Part shown: positions 1 to 12,089 of the stretch, piece after piece | How positions within the stretch are numbered: position 1 is the first letter of the stretch | How the letters are laid out: every line of letters starts with the position of its first letter | Origin: Conidiobolus incongruus B7586 | Taxonomy: Eukaryota | Direction of reading: 5' to 3' | DNA length: 64,000 nt | NCBI GenBank assembly: GCA_000697335.1 | Contig: JNEM01011122.1 | Span: 1-64,000, forward strand | Notes under the pieces: model-generated | The model's database searches: none | What the model was told of the DNA's origin: nothing | The model's input: the letters and a program-made list of their open reading frames with translations, nothing else | Position numbers and translations under genes: made by a program

Positions 1-895
1 TAATAGAAAAAAAATATATTAAAAAATACCTTTTTATTTCAGTTAAAGAATTATCTAAATACTTTAATATTAATTTTATAAGTATTTTATATATAAGTTA
101 AAACTTAAATTAATAAATAAAAATATAAAATAAATACCTTATAATTTAACTAAAACTTAAAAAAAGTTAAAATAGCTATTATTAAAGAGAACCTATTAAA
201 ATAATACTAGAAACTAAAGCTTTTATAATAAATAGTTATAATTGATAAATATTAAATCCATTTGTTTAATTCTTTATCAAAATATAAATTAAAATGTTAT
301 ATTAAGCTAAATTAATCCTTTTTATAAGTCCTTTTAAATAAATATTTTGTTAATAAACAAATATTAATTATTGTAATAAATTATGATAGTATATGATATT
401 TTTATTGAATTTTTAAAGGAAAATTAATTATTATTAAGTTTTATATTGCTTTTTTAAATAAAACTATTTCTAATTAGTATTTTTAATAAAATTTTAAAAA
501 CCTATTATTTTATATAATAATTGTAAAATATATAAATTTAAAGCTATAAAAATTTTCTAATTAAAAACAATTAAAAAAAACTACCATATCTAGTATATTC
601 TTCAGATTATAATCTATGTAATTATAATTGCTTAAAGCAATTAAAAAACTAGCTTACAAAAAAGAAAATTTTTACAGGAAAATTTAACTGGTTTATAAAA
701 TATTAAATTTCAGTCTTTAATAAAAAAAACTATTTTTTAAGTGTTAAAAGTTTATTAAAAGTATAGCCAAAAGTTATTAATAATAAAAGAAACTATTAAA
801 TTTATATTATATATTTATTTCTATATATTATATATCAAAATACTTTTTTATTTTAAATCAAAAAAAATTCCCATTATTTAAAATACAAAGTAATA
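1..895 (+). mobile_element. Decayed DD34D mariner element, copy 1 (5' part outside window)
   Basis: Colinear with the reverse complement of 5180-6488: 24 differences in an ungapped 200-nt block, 581-780 vs 5471-5272. Relic LPYLVYSSDYNLCN motif at 581-622. Right terminal repeat AAAAAAATTCCCATTATTTAAAATACAAAGTAATA ends near 895. Confidence 0.9.
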
Positions 896-1032
896 ATAAT
901 AATTGTTTATAGAGGTTTTTTGAAATCTATTATTATCTCAAAATAAATTACAAAATAAAATAAAAACACTTAAACTTGATTTTATTAGAATATAAAAAAA
1001 TTAATATTTTTATATGAATTATTATTATATAT

Positions 1033-2019
1033 TTATTTAATATATAAATTTTTCATTTTAACTTGGATTTTTAATAATAAAAATTTAAATTCTTGATAAG
1101 TTTCATAATGTAAAAATAATATCATCAAAGGATTAGTTAGTGGAGTGAAATTACATAATAATATTCCCCAAGTTTCTATTGTCTTGAAATTGTCAATGGG
1201 TGTAAAGAACTGTATTAATTCAACTAACGTACTTGGTATTACTTCCAGTGCAAAGATAATTATCATTGATTGAACTTTGATTACTGATATCACTTTATAT
1301 TTCCATAACTTTGTCTTTGGTGAGGTTTGACTGATTTCACTCAAGTCATAATTTCCAGACTCGGCCTCAGAATTGATACTAGGTTGTATTGAAAAATCCT
1401 TGTCGTAGGTCAGATTGGTTAACTCGAACATGGTTAAAGCTGTATAATAAAACAATGATATGTTCAAATAACAATATGTGAGAATAAATAAGTATACAAA
1501 TATTTGGATGATTAACCACAATCCTATATACGAAGAAATAGAACGTGTGGAAAAATTGTAACTACAGTAGACATCACCATGATTTTCATTAGGATTAATT
1601 TGAATGGACAAATAAATAGTGAGACTACTCGATATTGTAGAGCAAGTTACTAAAAAAAGCATTGTGTTACTTTTACTCATCAAATACTTTTTACAAATGG
1701 CCATGTATCTTATAATACCCAAAGTGGTCAAACTATTGAAGCCAATCATCGCTAAAGTATAATACACTCCAAAATTAATTTTACAATAAATTGAATTCGA
1801 GTTAATTTCAGCATTGGTTGACCAATTTATAAAAATATGAATAGAATTATATACACTGAACAGTATATCAACAATGCACAATATGAAAGAAACTAAAATA
1901 TCGACCTCTTTGATTTTAAATCGGAATACTGCTATGTATAGAACTATCCCGTTTAATACAATCGCTAATAGGTGTTTCAACAACTCTAATACATATATAA
2001 TATAATTTAAATTTAACAT
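1033..2019 (-). CDS. Class A (rhodopsin-like) 7TM receptor, paralog 1, intronless, 328 aa from the first ATG
   Basis: Seven hydrophobic segments; TM1 Asn (VLNG), TM2 Asp (IVDI), TM3 Cys (YCKIN), IRYMAIC at the DRY position, ECL2 Cys (VYCSY), TM7 PLTNP. The ORF track starts at TTG 2028; the first ATG is at 2019. Confidence 0.85.
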   Translation of the reverse strand: MLNLNYIIYVLELLKHLLAIVLNGIVLYIAVFRFKIKEVDILVSFILCIVDILFSVYNSIHIFINWSTNAEINSNSIYCKINFGVYYTLAMIGFNSLTTLGIIRYMAICKKYLMSKSNTMLFLVTCSTISSSLTIYLSIQINPNENHGDVYCSYNFSTRSISSYIGLWLIIQIFVYLFILTYCYLNISLFYYTALTMFELTNLTYDKDFSIQPSINSEAESGNYDLSEISQTSPKTKLWKYKVISVIKVQSMIIIFALEVIPSTLVELIQFFTPIDNFKTIETWGILLCNFTPLTNPLMILFLHYETYQEFKFLLLKIQVKMKNLYIK

Positions 2020-2069
2020 GGAATACAATATATCAATAATGGAATTTACCCAAGATACTGTTATATAAT

Positions 2070-2140
2070 GAGCTTTTATTTAAATTTGTGTTACACAAAA
2101 TATTAAAGGAGGAGGTTGAATGTTTGATTCTAATTTAATA
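2070..2140 (-). promoter_or_regulatory. Upstream block conserved between receptor paralogs 1 and 2 (probable core promoter)
   Basis: AGCTTTTATTTAAATTT followed by a similar ~50 nt occurs at 2071 and 8732, each ~52-54 nt upstream of the ATG. It reads TTTAAATAAAAG (TATA-like) on the coding strand. Confidence 0.5.
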
Positions 2141-2557
2141 TTTTTAAAATTTCAAATTTTTAAACATTTTTTATTCATTTGATAATATATTCAGTGAAAG
2201 TGATTTAAAGAATAGTCTAATATCTATTCAAATTCTCTTTTTCTGAACTAAATGATATTATTTCACGGTATAATACGATTAAAAATATATTTAATGAAAA
2301 AATATTTATAAATTACAATTAGAATTCGTCCAAGGTCGTTTAATTTAAAATACATTTTCAAATTACTTGAAAAAACTTGGCAAAGAATTAAAACATAGGC
2401 TTCAAAAGAATATTAAAAGGCACATACATTAATGGATATATGTTTAGCTGATCCTTTATAGTTTTCATTTCAATAACATTTTGTTCAAATTTACTTTTTA
2501 GTTCGATTTTCAAACAACAATTTTGTTATATTTATTATGCAAATTAAATTACTAAAC

Positions 2558-3768
2558 TTACTAATTGAATAATTAAGAAATGACAGATTTTTTAATATCT
2601 GAATTTTCAAACTTCTTGTTAGTTTGAAAAAATGAATTAAATACAGACTAAAAAAGATAATTTATATTTCTATACTATATACATCTTTATTTGTAATAAT
2701 TTTTACATTTAAATAATCTATTTAAAGCATTATCATTAAACTTAATAATATTTAAACAAAAAGATAATCATCGATTTATTTATTTTAATATTATTATAGT
2801 TCAACTACAAACCCTCTAAAATTATTTAAGATTAGCAAAAAACCTATATATTATACCTAAAGCTACCATTTATTACTATGTTAGTCATTTTAAAACTAAA
2901 AAGTATATTATTCAAATATGATTAAAATATAAGAGATTAATTTGTGTTAATATTTTTTTAGCTAAAAAGTTATTAAAGTTAATGAATAATAATTAAACAA
3001 GTATATTATATATGTATTAAAGTTTAAACTTAATTAATGAAATCATAAAATATAAAATTTTTTAAATTAACAATATCTTGAAAAATATATTAAATAAAAT
3101 TAATTAAAATATAATTAAAAACCAAATTACTATATTAAGTTATTATAATTATTATTTATTAGATTTTTGTATCTAATCCTTTATTTAATAATAATACAAA
3201 GTTTTAGGTTAATATTTTTTATAAATTCTAAAAAATATTATTTTATTTATAAATAATTATCAACTATTATATTAATAATAAAATAAAATTTTTTATTTAT
3301 TTTTTAAAGATATATTAATGAATCATATTCTATATTTGATTAAATATAACTATTTTTTATAATTTTTTTTATTATTAAAATAATTATTTTTTATATATTA
3401 ACTATAAAATACATAAATTTATATTTATAAAAAATTTTATATAAAAGGAATTAAAAAACCACCATGTTTAGTATATTCATTGATCAATACCCATATGATT
3501 ATAATTGCTTTAGGTAATTAAAAAGTATATTTACAAGAAAGTAAATTCTTATTAATAAATTTAATTAGTTTTTAAAATATTAAATTTCAGTTTTTAATAA
3601 AAAAACTGTTTTTTAGACGTTAAAAATATTTCAAAAGTATTACCAACAGTTATTAATAAAAAAGGTATTAATATTATATTTTCTAAATATTTTTATATAA
3701 TATATATAAAAAATAATATTTAATTTTGATTTTAATACTTTGCCATTATTTAATTTATATAATAGTAT
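2558..3768 (+). mobile_element. Decayed DD34D mariner element, copy 2 (near full length, more diverged)
   Basis: Left end AAGAAATGACAGATTTTTTAATATCTGAATTTTCAAAC matches the other copies; 3450-3680 matches 570-800; right-end relic TTGCCATTATTTAA near 3740-3753. Confidence 0.8.
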
Positions 3769-5179
3769 TTGCTTATATTAGTTTTAATTTTTATAATTAC
3801 TTGAAATAATGCTCCAACTATTAAAATTTTTGTTATTAACGCTAATGATTAGTATATATAATGTAATCTAATCTGATATCAAATTATTTGAAAAAATAGC
3901 TATATAATATTATTGTGAAATAAAATTATAAAATGAATATTAATTATATTATATTTGAATGTCATCAGTCTTTATTAACCTAAAAATCAACATATCCTAC
4001 ATTTAAATAATTTCTTTCAAAATATATTATAAATATACTACTTGTCCACATAGCTACCATAATTAATTCATAAATCGTGGACAAACATAGAGTTTATAAT
4101 TCATTGCAAATATTGTGTAAATAATCAGTAATGTTAATTTTATTATTTTGATCAACCTTAAATTAATATTTTTGAATCCTCACTATTGCAATCTTACTTG
4201 AGTCTCTTATTATTGAAATTTAATATTTAATTTTTCTATATTTGTGTTGATCTTATTAACTTTAAGTCTAGTTTGTAATTATTATTTAGTTAAACATCAC
4301 TTACCTATTCATATTTATTTTTCAATGGTAAAAATGTAATTAATAAAACATTGGGATATAATATTGTTTCAGATTTTTTATATTATTTTAATATTATCAA
4401 CATCAATATATTCAAACAATAATTATAAAATTAAATTTTTCAATAGGTTTGATATAGCTTCATTAATATAACTATATATAAAAATATATAAATTGATAAT
4501 ATTGATAATATTGATTATATTATAGAGTTTTAGAATTGCACACCTCTCACTCACACCCACTTTAAACTCTCTTATATTGTAATTTTTATAAAAAACATAC
4601 TATTTTTATATTTGGAAATATAATAAATATGTTTATTGATGAGTTATTAATTTAAAGGATGGGTATATATTTTGATATCCGTACCGCGGATATTACCTTA
4701 TTAAAGTACAATTCAACCAATTACAAAAAGATTTTAGCAAATATTAACACTATCTTAATTTTTAATTTTATTTTTAAGAATGAAATCATATATATAATAT
4801 AATAATAATAATAATAATTGATTCTATATATTTTCTTAATAAATTTAATTAAGTTTAATTGCCAATAGTCTATATAATAAGTTTTTCAATCTATCCTAGA
4901 TAAATATATATTTTAAATTTTACTATTGGTGATATTTAATATATACTAATTGGTAATATATTAAAAAATTACTGAGAAGAATATTGATCAAATTAGGAAT
5001 TGAAAATTTTTATTATTAAAATCAAAAAATATATTATATTGATATTGATATTGATATAGTTTGATATATAATATATTTACTATCATGTATAATTCCCAAT
5101 ATATAATTATATAATATAAAACCAAGTTAATTATCTTTGTTGAAAAATAATAAATATAACTCTTTAATATATATATATA

Positions 5180-6339
5180 TTACTTTATATTTTTAATAAT
5201 AGGAATTTTTTGTAATTAAAAATAAATACACATTTTAATATATAATATAAATTTAATAGTTTCTTTTATTATTAATAACTTTTTGTTATATTTTTAGTAA
5301 AGATTTAACACTTAAAAAACAATTTTTTTTATTAAAAACTAAAATTTGATGTTTTACAAACCAATTAAATTTTTCTATAGAAATTTTCTTTCTTGTAAGC
5401 TGGTTTTTTAATTGCTTAAAGCAATTATAATCACATAGGTTATAATCTAAAGAATATACTAGATGTGGTAGTTTTTTCTAGTTATTTTTAATTAGAAAGT
5501 TTTTTATAGTTTTAGATTTATGAATTTTATAATTATCATGTAAAATAATAAGTCTTCTTAAATTATATTAAGAACATTAATTAAAAATATTTTTATTTAA
5601 AAAAGTAATATAAAATTAATTATTATTTGATTTTCCTTTAAGAACTAAATAAAAGTAGCATATACTATTATAATCTATTATCATAATTAACATTTACTTA
5701 TTAATTTAAAATATTTATTTAAAGGGATTTGTAGAGGGGGTTAATTTAACTTAATTTAGCATTTTGATTTGTGTTTTAGTAAAGGATTATATATAAAGAT
5801 TTAAGATTCATTAATTATAATTATTTGCTGTAAAATTTTAAGCTTCTAGTAATATTTTAATAAGTTTTATTTAACAATAGCTACTCTAGCTTTTTTCTAA
5901 ACTCTAGTTAAATTATAAGGTACCTATTTTACATTTTTATTTATTAATTTGAGTTTAAACTTTAATATATATAAAATACTTATAAAACTAATATTAAAGT
6001 GCTTAGATAATTCTTTAACTGAAATAAAAAGGTACTTTTCAATATATTTTTTCACTCTATTAACAATTAAAAAAGTAACAGTTAAAATTAGTTTTTTAGA
6101 TTTTAACAAGTTTTAAATAGTTTCTCTTTTAGCTTTAAAGTAATTTACCTAGTGATAAATTGTTGATTTAAATAATACTTCATTACCAAAAGCTGCTTGT
6201 AAATTTTAAATAGTTTTAAAGGGTTTATGGTTAAGTTTTACTGATACTAAAATAAAAAACTTTTGATGATTACTATTTGGTTTAAGCATAATTAAATTAA
6301 ACAGCTAATTTTAAAAAGTTAATTTTTTAATCAAAAAAT

Positions 6340-6381
<42 letters not shown>

Positions 6382-6488
6382 TATATAATTTCCTATTAAC
6401 TTTGTATATATTTACTTATTTCAAACTAATAATATGTTTGAAAAATCAGAAATTAAAAAATTTCCCATTTCTTCAAATTCAAGGTAAT
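5180..6488 (-). mobile_element. Decayed DD34D mariner element, copy 3 (best preserved; relic transposase 6289..5253, ~345 codons with stops and one frameshift)
   Basis: Read-through translation gives LQAAFGNEVLFKSTIYH*VNYFK (HTH), K*VPYNLT (WVPHEL), IINES*I (first D), ILHDNYKIH (second D, 5537-5535), LPHLVYSLDYNLCDY (YSPDLAPSD; third D 5432-5430, 34 residues later) and SLLKI*QKVINNKRNY. Imperfect ~35-40 bp TIRs begin TATTAC and are flanked by TA. Confidence 0.93.
6343..6374. repeat. (TA)n microsatellite inside mariner copy 3, between the left TIR and the transposase ATG
   Basis: Read directly; about 16 TA units. Confidence 0.95.
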
Positions 6489-7697
6489 ACTTATATTTTT
6501 TTTGAATACTGATATATTGAAATTAAATGAATCACAATTTATAATGAGCTTATCTAATATACTCAATAATTTTATGTTTCTCAACTTTTTAACTCTTGGA
6601 ATTATATAATTTTAATTAAATCAATAGATCATTAGAATATTCTTGATATAAGTCTTAAAATATTAAAATAACAAAAAATATCCAATTATGAATATAAATT
6701 TAATTAAATTATTCAAATTATTATATATGACTCATTTAGAATGTAGCTTTGGATATCTAAAATAGACAAAAGATTGTTAACACCAATATTTAAAATTAAA
6801 ATATAAAACAATTAAAATTGTTCCAAATTATATTATTTTTGTAGGCCCTATATATATCCAAGTTATATAATTGATAAAAACTTAAATGATTTTGAAACTA
6901 ATTTTGTTTTGAGATCACTGATACAAAAAATGTTAGGAATATTTCACGAATTATATATCGTTTTATTATATATACAGATTATTACGTGTTGAACTTTAAA
7001 TATTATATGAAAATTGATGTAAATATAAATAATTAACAATATCTATAAATACTAAACATTATACCATGCTTTAGTTATTGCATTTGAATTTTACAATATC
7101 AAGACGTTTATTCATTGATTCAAATATATTTTAATCACTATGTTATATAATCAAGGAAATAAATATAATATTCTTTTAAATTTCTGTTATTAAGCATTAA
7201 CTCTCTTAATACTAAAAATAATATATAAATTCAAGTGTACAAGGGATAAATATAAGTTTACAAAATTTATATTGTTATTAATGAGTTTTTAAAAGATCTA
7301 TTTTATTTTATGAGTAGTAATATAATTAATTGTTGAATAATTCATTAATAAAATAATTAGATTTTACAATATTTTAGGAAAAGAAATTAAGTAAAATTGA
7401 AGTATAATATCTTTTTTGTTATATAATATCATCAATATATTTGATCTTGATATATTCATAAGTGTTAAACAGTAATAGGAACTCTACGATTAATGTTTAT
7501 AAAAAATATATAAATTATTAATATAAAATTCACTTCTATTATTACTTTATAATATATAATATATATAACATATTGAGTAAAATATAATGAACATGTTATA
7601 TTAGCAATAAGCTTTATTTGTGATAAATAAGTAAACTAATTTAAAATATTCAATTATAATATTTTTTATATGGTAAATGAATTAAATATTACTATAT

Positions 7698-8678
7698 TTA
7701 ATAAAATAAATTTTTCATTTTAATTTTAATTTTTAATAATAAAAATTTAAATTCTTGATTAGTTTCGTCATGTAAAAATAATATTAACAAAGGATTGGTT
7801 AATGGAATGAAGTTTGATAGGAATATCCCCCAAGTTTCTTTCATCTCAAAGTTATTCAATGGAGTAGAGAAATGAATAATATAAATTAACGTAATGGGAA
7901 ATATTTCTATCATGAAGATGAATATCATTAATTGGATTTTGAGTACTGATATCACTTTGTATTTTAACATTATAGGCTTAAATATTGTTCGACCAACATC
8001 ATCCAATTCATGATTTTCCGAAAGGTTGGCAGAGTTAATATTATTTTCTAATGAGATATTTTTGTCAGAAGCCTGATTCGTGAACTCCAAGTTCAATGAT
8101 TTATAATAGAACAATGATATGTGAAAATAACAATATATAAGAACAAATAAATATATCATTGATTGTGAAATTAGACATAATCCCAAATATAAAGAAACCG
8201 CGTGCGTACGAAAATTAAGTGTACAATATATGTAACCATGATTTTCGAGTGGATCAGTGTAAATTGATAAGTAGATCGTTAGAGTTATCGGAATTATAGC
8301 GCAAATTACCAATAATGTTATTGCATATCTTTTGCTCATTAGCTTTTTTTTGCAAATGGCCATATACCTAACAATGCCCAAAGTAATTAAACTATTAAAC
8401 CCTATCATTGCCAAAGTATAATATATCCCAAAATAAATTTTACAATACGTAACATTGGAATTAATTTTAGTATTTGTCGACCAATGTAAGAGGTTGTGGA
8501 TAGAATTATATATACTAAAGAGTATATCAACAACACATAATATGAAAGAAACTAATATATCAACCTGTTTGATTCTAAATCGATATACTGAAATATACAA
8601 CACCACACCATTCAGTATTATTGCTATAGTATATTTCATTAGCTCTAAAATATAGAATAAATAGTTTAAATTGTTCAT
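7698..8678 (-). CDS. Class A (rhodopsin-like) 7TM receptor, paralog 2, intronless, 326 aa
   Basis: Aligns end to end with paralog 1 (VDILVSFILC.VDILFS.YNSIH; YYTLAMIGFNSL.TLGI.RYMAICKK; PLTNPL.ILFLH.ET.QEFKFLLLKI). Confidence 0.85.
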   Translation of the reverse strand: MNNLNYLFYILELMKYTIAIILNGVVLYISVYRFRIKQVDILVSFILCVVDILFSIYNSIHNLLHWSTNTKINSNVTYCKIYFGIYYTLAMIGFNSLITLGIVRYMAICKKKLMSKRYAITLLVICAIIPITLTIYLSIYTDPLENHGYIYCTLNFRTHAVSLYLGLCLISQSMIYLFVLIYCYFHISLFYYKSLNLEFTNQASDKNISLENNINSANLSENHELDDVGRTIFKPIMLKYKVISVLKIQLMIFIFMIEIFPITLIYIIHFSTPLNNFEMKETWGIFLSNFIPLTNPLLILFLHDETNQEFKFLLLKIKIKMKNLFY

Positions 8679-10714
8679 TGTCCCAATTTTTTCAAAAAAG
8701 GGATATTCATCATTTAATCTTGTACTCTAATAGCTTTTATTTAAATTTAGGTTGTACAGAATTTTTCAGATAGAGGATGACTGTTTAATATTAATTAAAT
8801 TTACTATTATCCTAAAAAACTCTCAATAATTAATATAATTGCTGTTTATTGACAGACCTATTTTGTCAAAATTATTGGAGAGTTATTCTATTAAAGATAC
8901 ATTATCCAATCGATTCAAGCAAATCAAAATAAATTAAAAATACAAAAATCATGTAAAATTTAATTTTTTTTTAATTAATGCAATTGAAAATGCATAAATT
9001 TTAATCATAATTTATATAAAACCATAGAATTTTTAATATAAGTAATGAATAGAAATAAACATGCAAAGGAAATTAAATTTTAGGCTTTATACTGATTAAA
9101 TGATATTTATATTTATTGATATACATTCATCTAATCCTTTTAGTCCTGTTTTGAGATATATTTTGTTTTAACTCATTGGTTTAATTTTTAAAGCCACGAT
9201 TTAATTTCATTTGTTTTGTGAACCAAATAACCCAGCTTACTATTTTATTACTTGAATCGGTTTCCTTTTTCAAAATGAATATAAAAATCTAATATTCAAA
9301 ATTTTTATCAGGAGTTAGCAAGAGAGATTGTATGTTGAATTTTAACTTTGAATTATCAACAGTGTTACATGATTATATAATAAAATATAATAAAACAGTC
9401 ATTGTAAATACTAAAATCGCTATAAATCTATTCAAATCTAATGTCATCAAACATTTTTAAAATGAAAATCAAGAACCACATTACTTAAATTTTAGTTTGA
9501 ATAATACACATTGATCAATTCATTTAATAAATTTTAGGATAACCATAGAATTGATGGTTTCTTGCAAGCGTTTGAAAGATGCTAAGTTGTGTAAACTAAA
9601 TATTGGGATTATGAACTATATATCACCATTTGTTAGAGTACTTACTACCTCAATATCACGGATGTCTGTTATCTTTATCATTTAACATTTGACATTAAAT
9701 TTAGGTACAATTTAATTCAATTCAACAAATTAAATTTGTAATTGCTGACAAATAATGTCAATTTAAAGCTAAATATTGATTTGTAAATAAAATATATTAG
9801 AAAATTTCTACATCATAAAATTATTTTAAAAATTAGATAGAATTATTAGAACATTAAAGATATAAGTATATTCAAGTTGGGGTTGCAACATTAATCGAAT
9901 TAATATACATAATATTTATAATTTTAGTTTTATAATAATATCGTTGATTAATGAATACTTCAAACATCAAAAATTTCACTAATGCCTATTACACTAATTA
10001 ATAATGCAATTCATATATTGCACCCAAAGCTATTTCAAGCTAAACTTTTTCCTGTTATTTGTATAACAAATGATCATATTTGCAAATTTGGAAATTTATT
10101 TGTCTATAATTAGATAATTAAATTTACGGCTAGTTACATATTGCTATACATCTATCTCGGATCTTCACCCATTTAAGTATATTCTACTAATGGAAATACA
10201 TCCTTAGCATATATTATCATTTTTATATTTTTTTCATTTTAAATTTCACCGATAAAACCGTAGCATATAATAGAGTTAATTTATTTATACATATTCAAAA
10301 TATGCTTAATAACAGTAAGGCAAATGATAAATTGATGATCTTTAATATTGATGAATTCTAAATTGAATAATGTATTTATAGTAAATATTGCTATTTCTTC
10401 CATATGGCATTTGATCAATTTTGATGATATATATGTATATTCAACCGAGATACAATAAATGATATCATTAGGGTTTAAAAATTGTAACATTTGATAAAAA
10501 GATATTAAATATGATATATAATTGGGTATTTATTCATATAATTATCAATTCGATAATCCTTAATTAGTAGTTGATATATTATTATCCACAAAAGCTTTTA
10601 TAGGACATAAAATTTTCTAAAAAGATATAAGCTTATATAGGTATCAAAATATGATAATATAAAATGTACTTTATAAAATTCATGTACTAAATATAGAATT
10701 AAGTAATTGTATAT

Positions 10715-11048
10715 TGTCGCGGATCGGGAGGTCCGCTCGCCTTTCAATTTTAACCGTCCGTCAAGATTCCAGATGTAATCCACTCACAAATATCAGGAAC
10801 AACCCTTGCACAATGGAAAATTCCAGACTATAGCAGAAGCTGGAGCCTCAACACATTGGCCAAGGATCAACCACACTATAAAATAGTCACTAGACAGATA
10901 TTTGCTGGGGGATCACTTCGATCAGGGCCAAGCCCTAGATCTTGCTATTTTAATAAAACTCCTCTAAAGTATCTAGTTAGCCTTCTTTGGCCCGTTTCAT
11001 CGAGCTCACGTGATCTTTATCGCAAGACTACTTTCCAGAAGCCTTGCA
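10715..11048 (+). mobile_element. Solo LTR, 334 bp (probably Ty3/gypsy-type)
   Basis: GC-richer island starting TG (10715) and ending CA (11048), flanked on both sides by ATAT (4-bp target-site duplication). Internal TATAAAA (~10877) followed by AATAAA (~10952). Confidence 0.72.
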
Positions 11049-11922
11049 ATATACTATCCTAGATATATATTTTTAAAATTGTGGTATCTGTATAATTTTT
11101 GTTATGAATTAATTTTAAATTTCCAAATCAGATTACATAATTTTGATGCCAAGTACTCAACCAAAGTATACTAATGCAAATTATTGATGAATTGATATAT
11201 CAACAATATGAATTTAATAACATTATAATTTATTAATTTGAGATAATAACAAATAAATAACTGATTATTCAATTTTAATGGTATTGTACGATTATTGAAT
11301 CTTGAACTATCATTTTAACCATAGCACAGATATATATCTGTAATCTTATCAATGTTTAATGTTTACCAGTTAGAAATATTAATATCGTTTCAAATTTTTT
11401 AAATCTCATTTTTATATTTAATTAATATAATTCATTTAATCATTAAAACACATATATAACTTATTCTTGAATCAATAATTAATACTAATCAATTCCAAAT
11501 CGTATATACCAGGAGTCAAAGCATTTCATTTTATAAAGGCAGTGACTCCTTCCAATTAATTGATCTAAGTGTTGATTTCAAAATTAATCATCCATCTCAA
11601 TGGGAATTAAAGCAATAGTATTTAATAGATTATAACATTCACTCAATCAACTATTAAATTAATTTGCTATCAACCATCTTTATTGAAAAAACTTTCTATA
11701 AAACACAACACTAAGCTTTGATAAAACAAAGACAAACGTAGATCCAAATATAATGTTTTATAAATTAAGTTATATTTAATATTAGTTAACCTAAATTTTA
11801 ATTTATTGATAAAAATATATAATTTAAATTAATTAAATATATCGAGTTACAATATATGTCTTTTGAATTAATTATTCATGGTACATACAGATTATTTGGT
11901 ATATTATTAATATTCTAATACC

Positions 11923-12042
11923 TATTATTTGTTTATAAAGAAAGAAATGGTAAATTTTTTAATTTCTGATTTTTCAAATATATTATTAATTTTGAAAAAT
12001 CAATTATATATAAAATATAAAAGAGAATTGATATTTTTCAAC

Positions 12043-12089
<47 letters not shown>

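Noticed and set aside
5924..6109. 61-aa ORF as an independent gene
   Set aside because: It is a stop-free stretch of the decayed mariner transposase in copy 3.
5180..6488. Stop-codon reassignment (TAA/TAG read as Trp or Gln) making the transposase intact
   Set aside because: Host genes in the window end in TAA, TAG and TGA and use TGG for Trp; stops differ between copies and come with many other G>A/C>T changes.
10598..11062. ORFs 10598-10783 and 10856-11062 as genes
   Set aside because: Non-ATG starts, no recognisable protein, and they straddle the solo-LTR boundaries.
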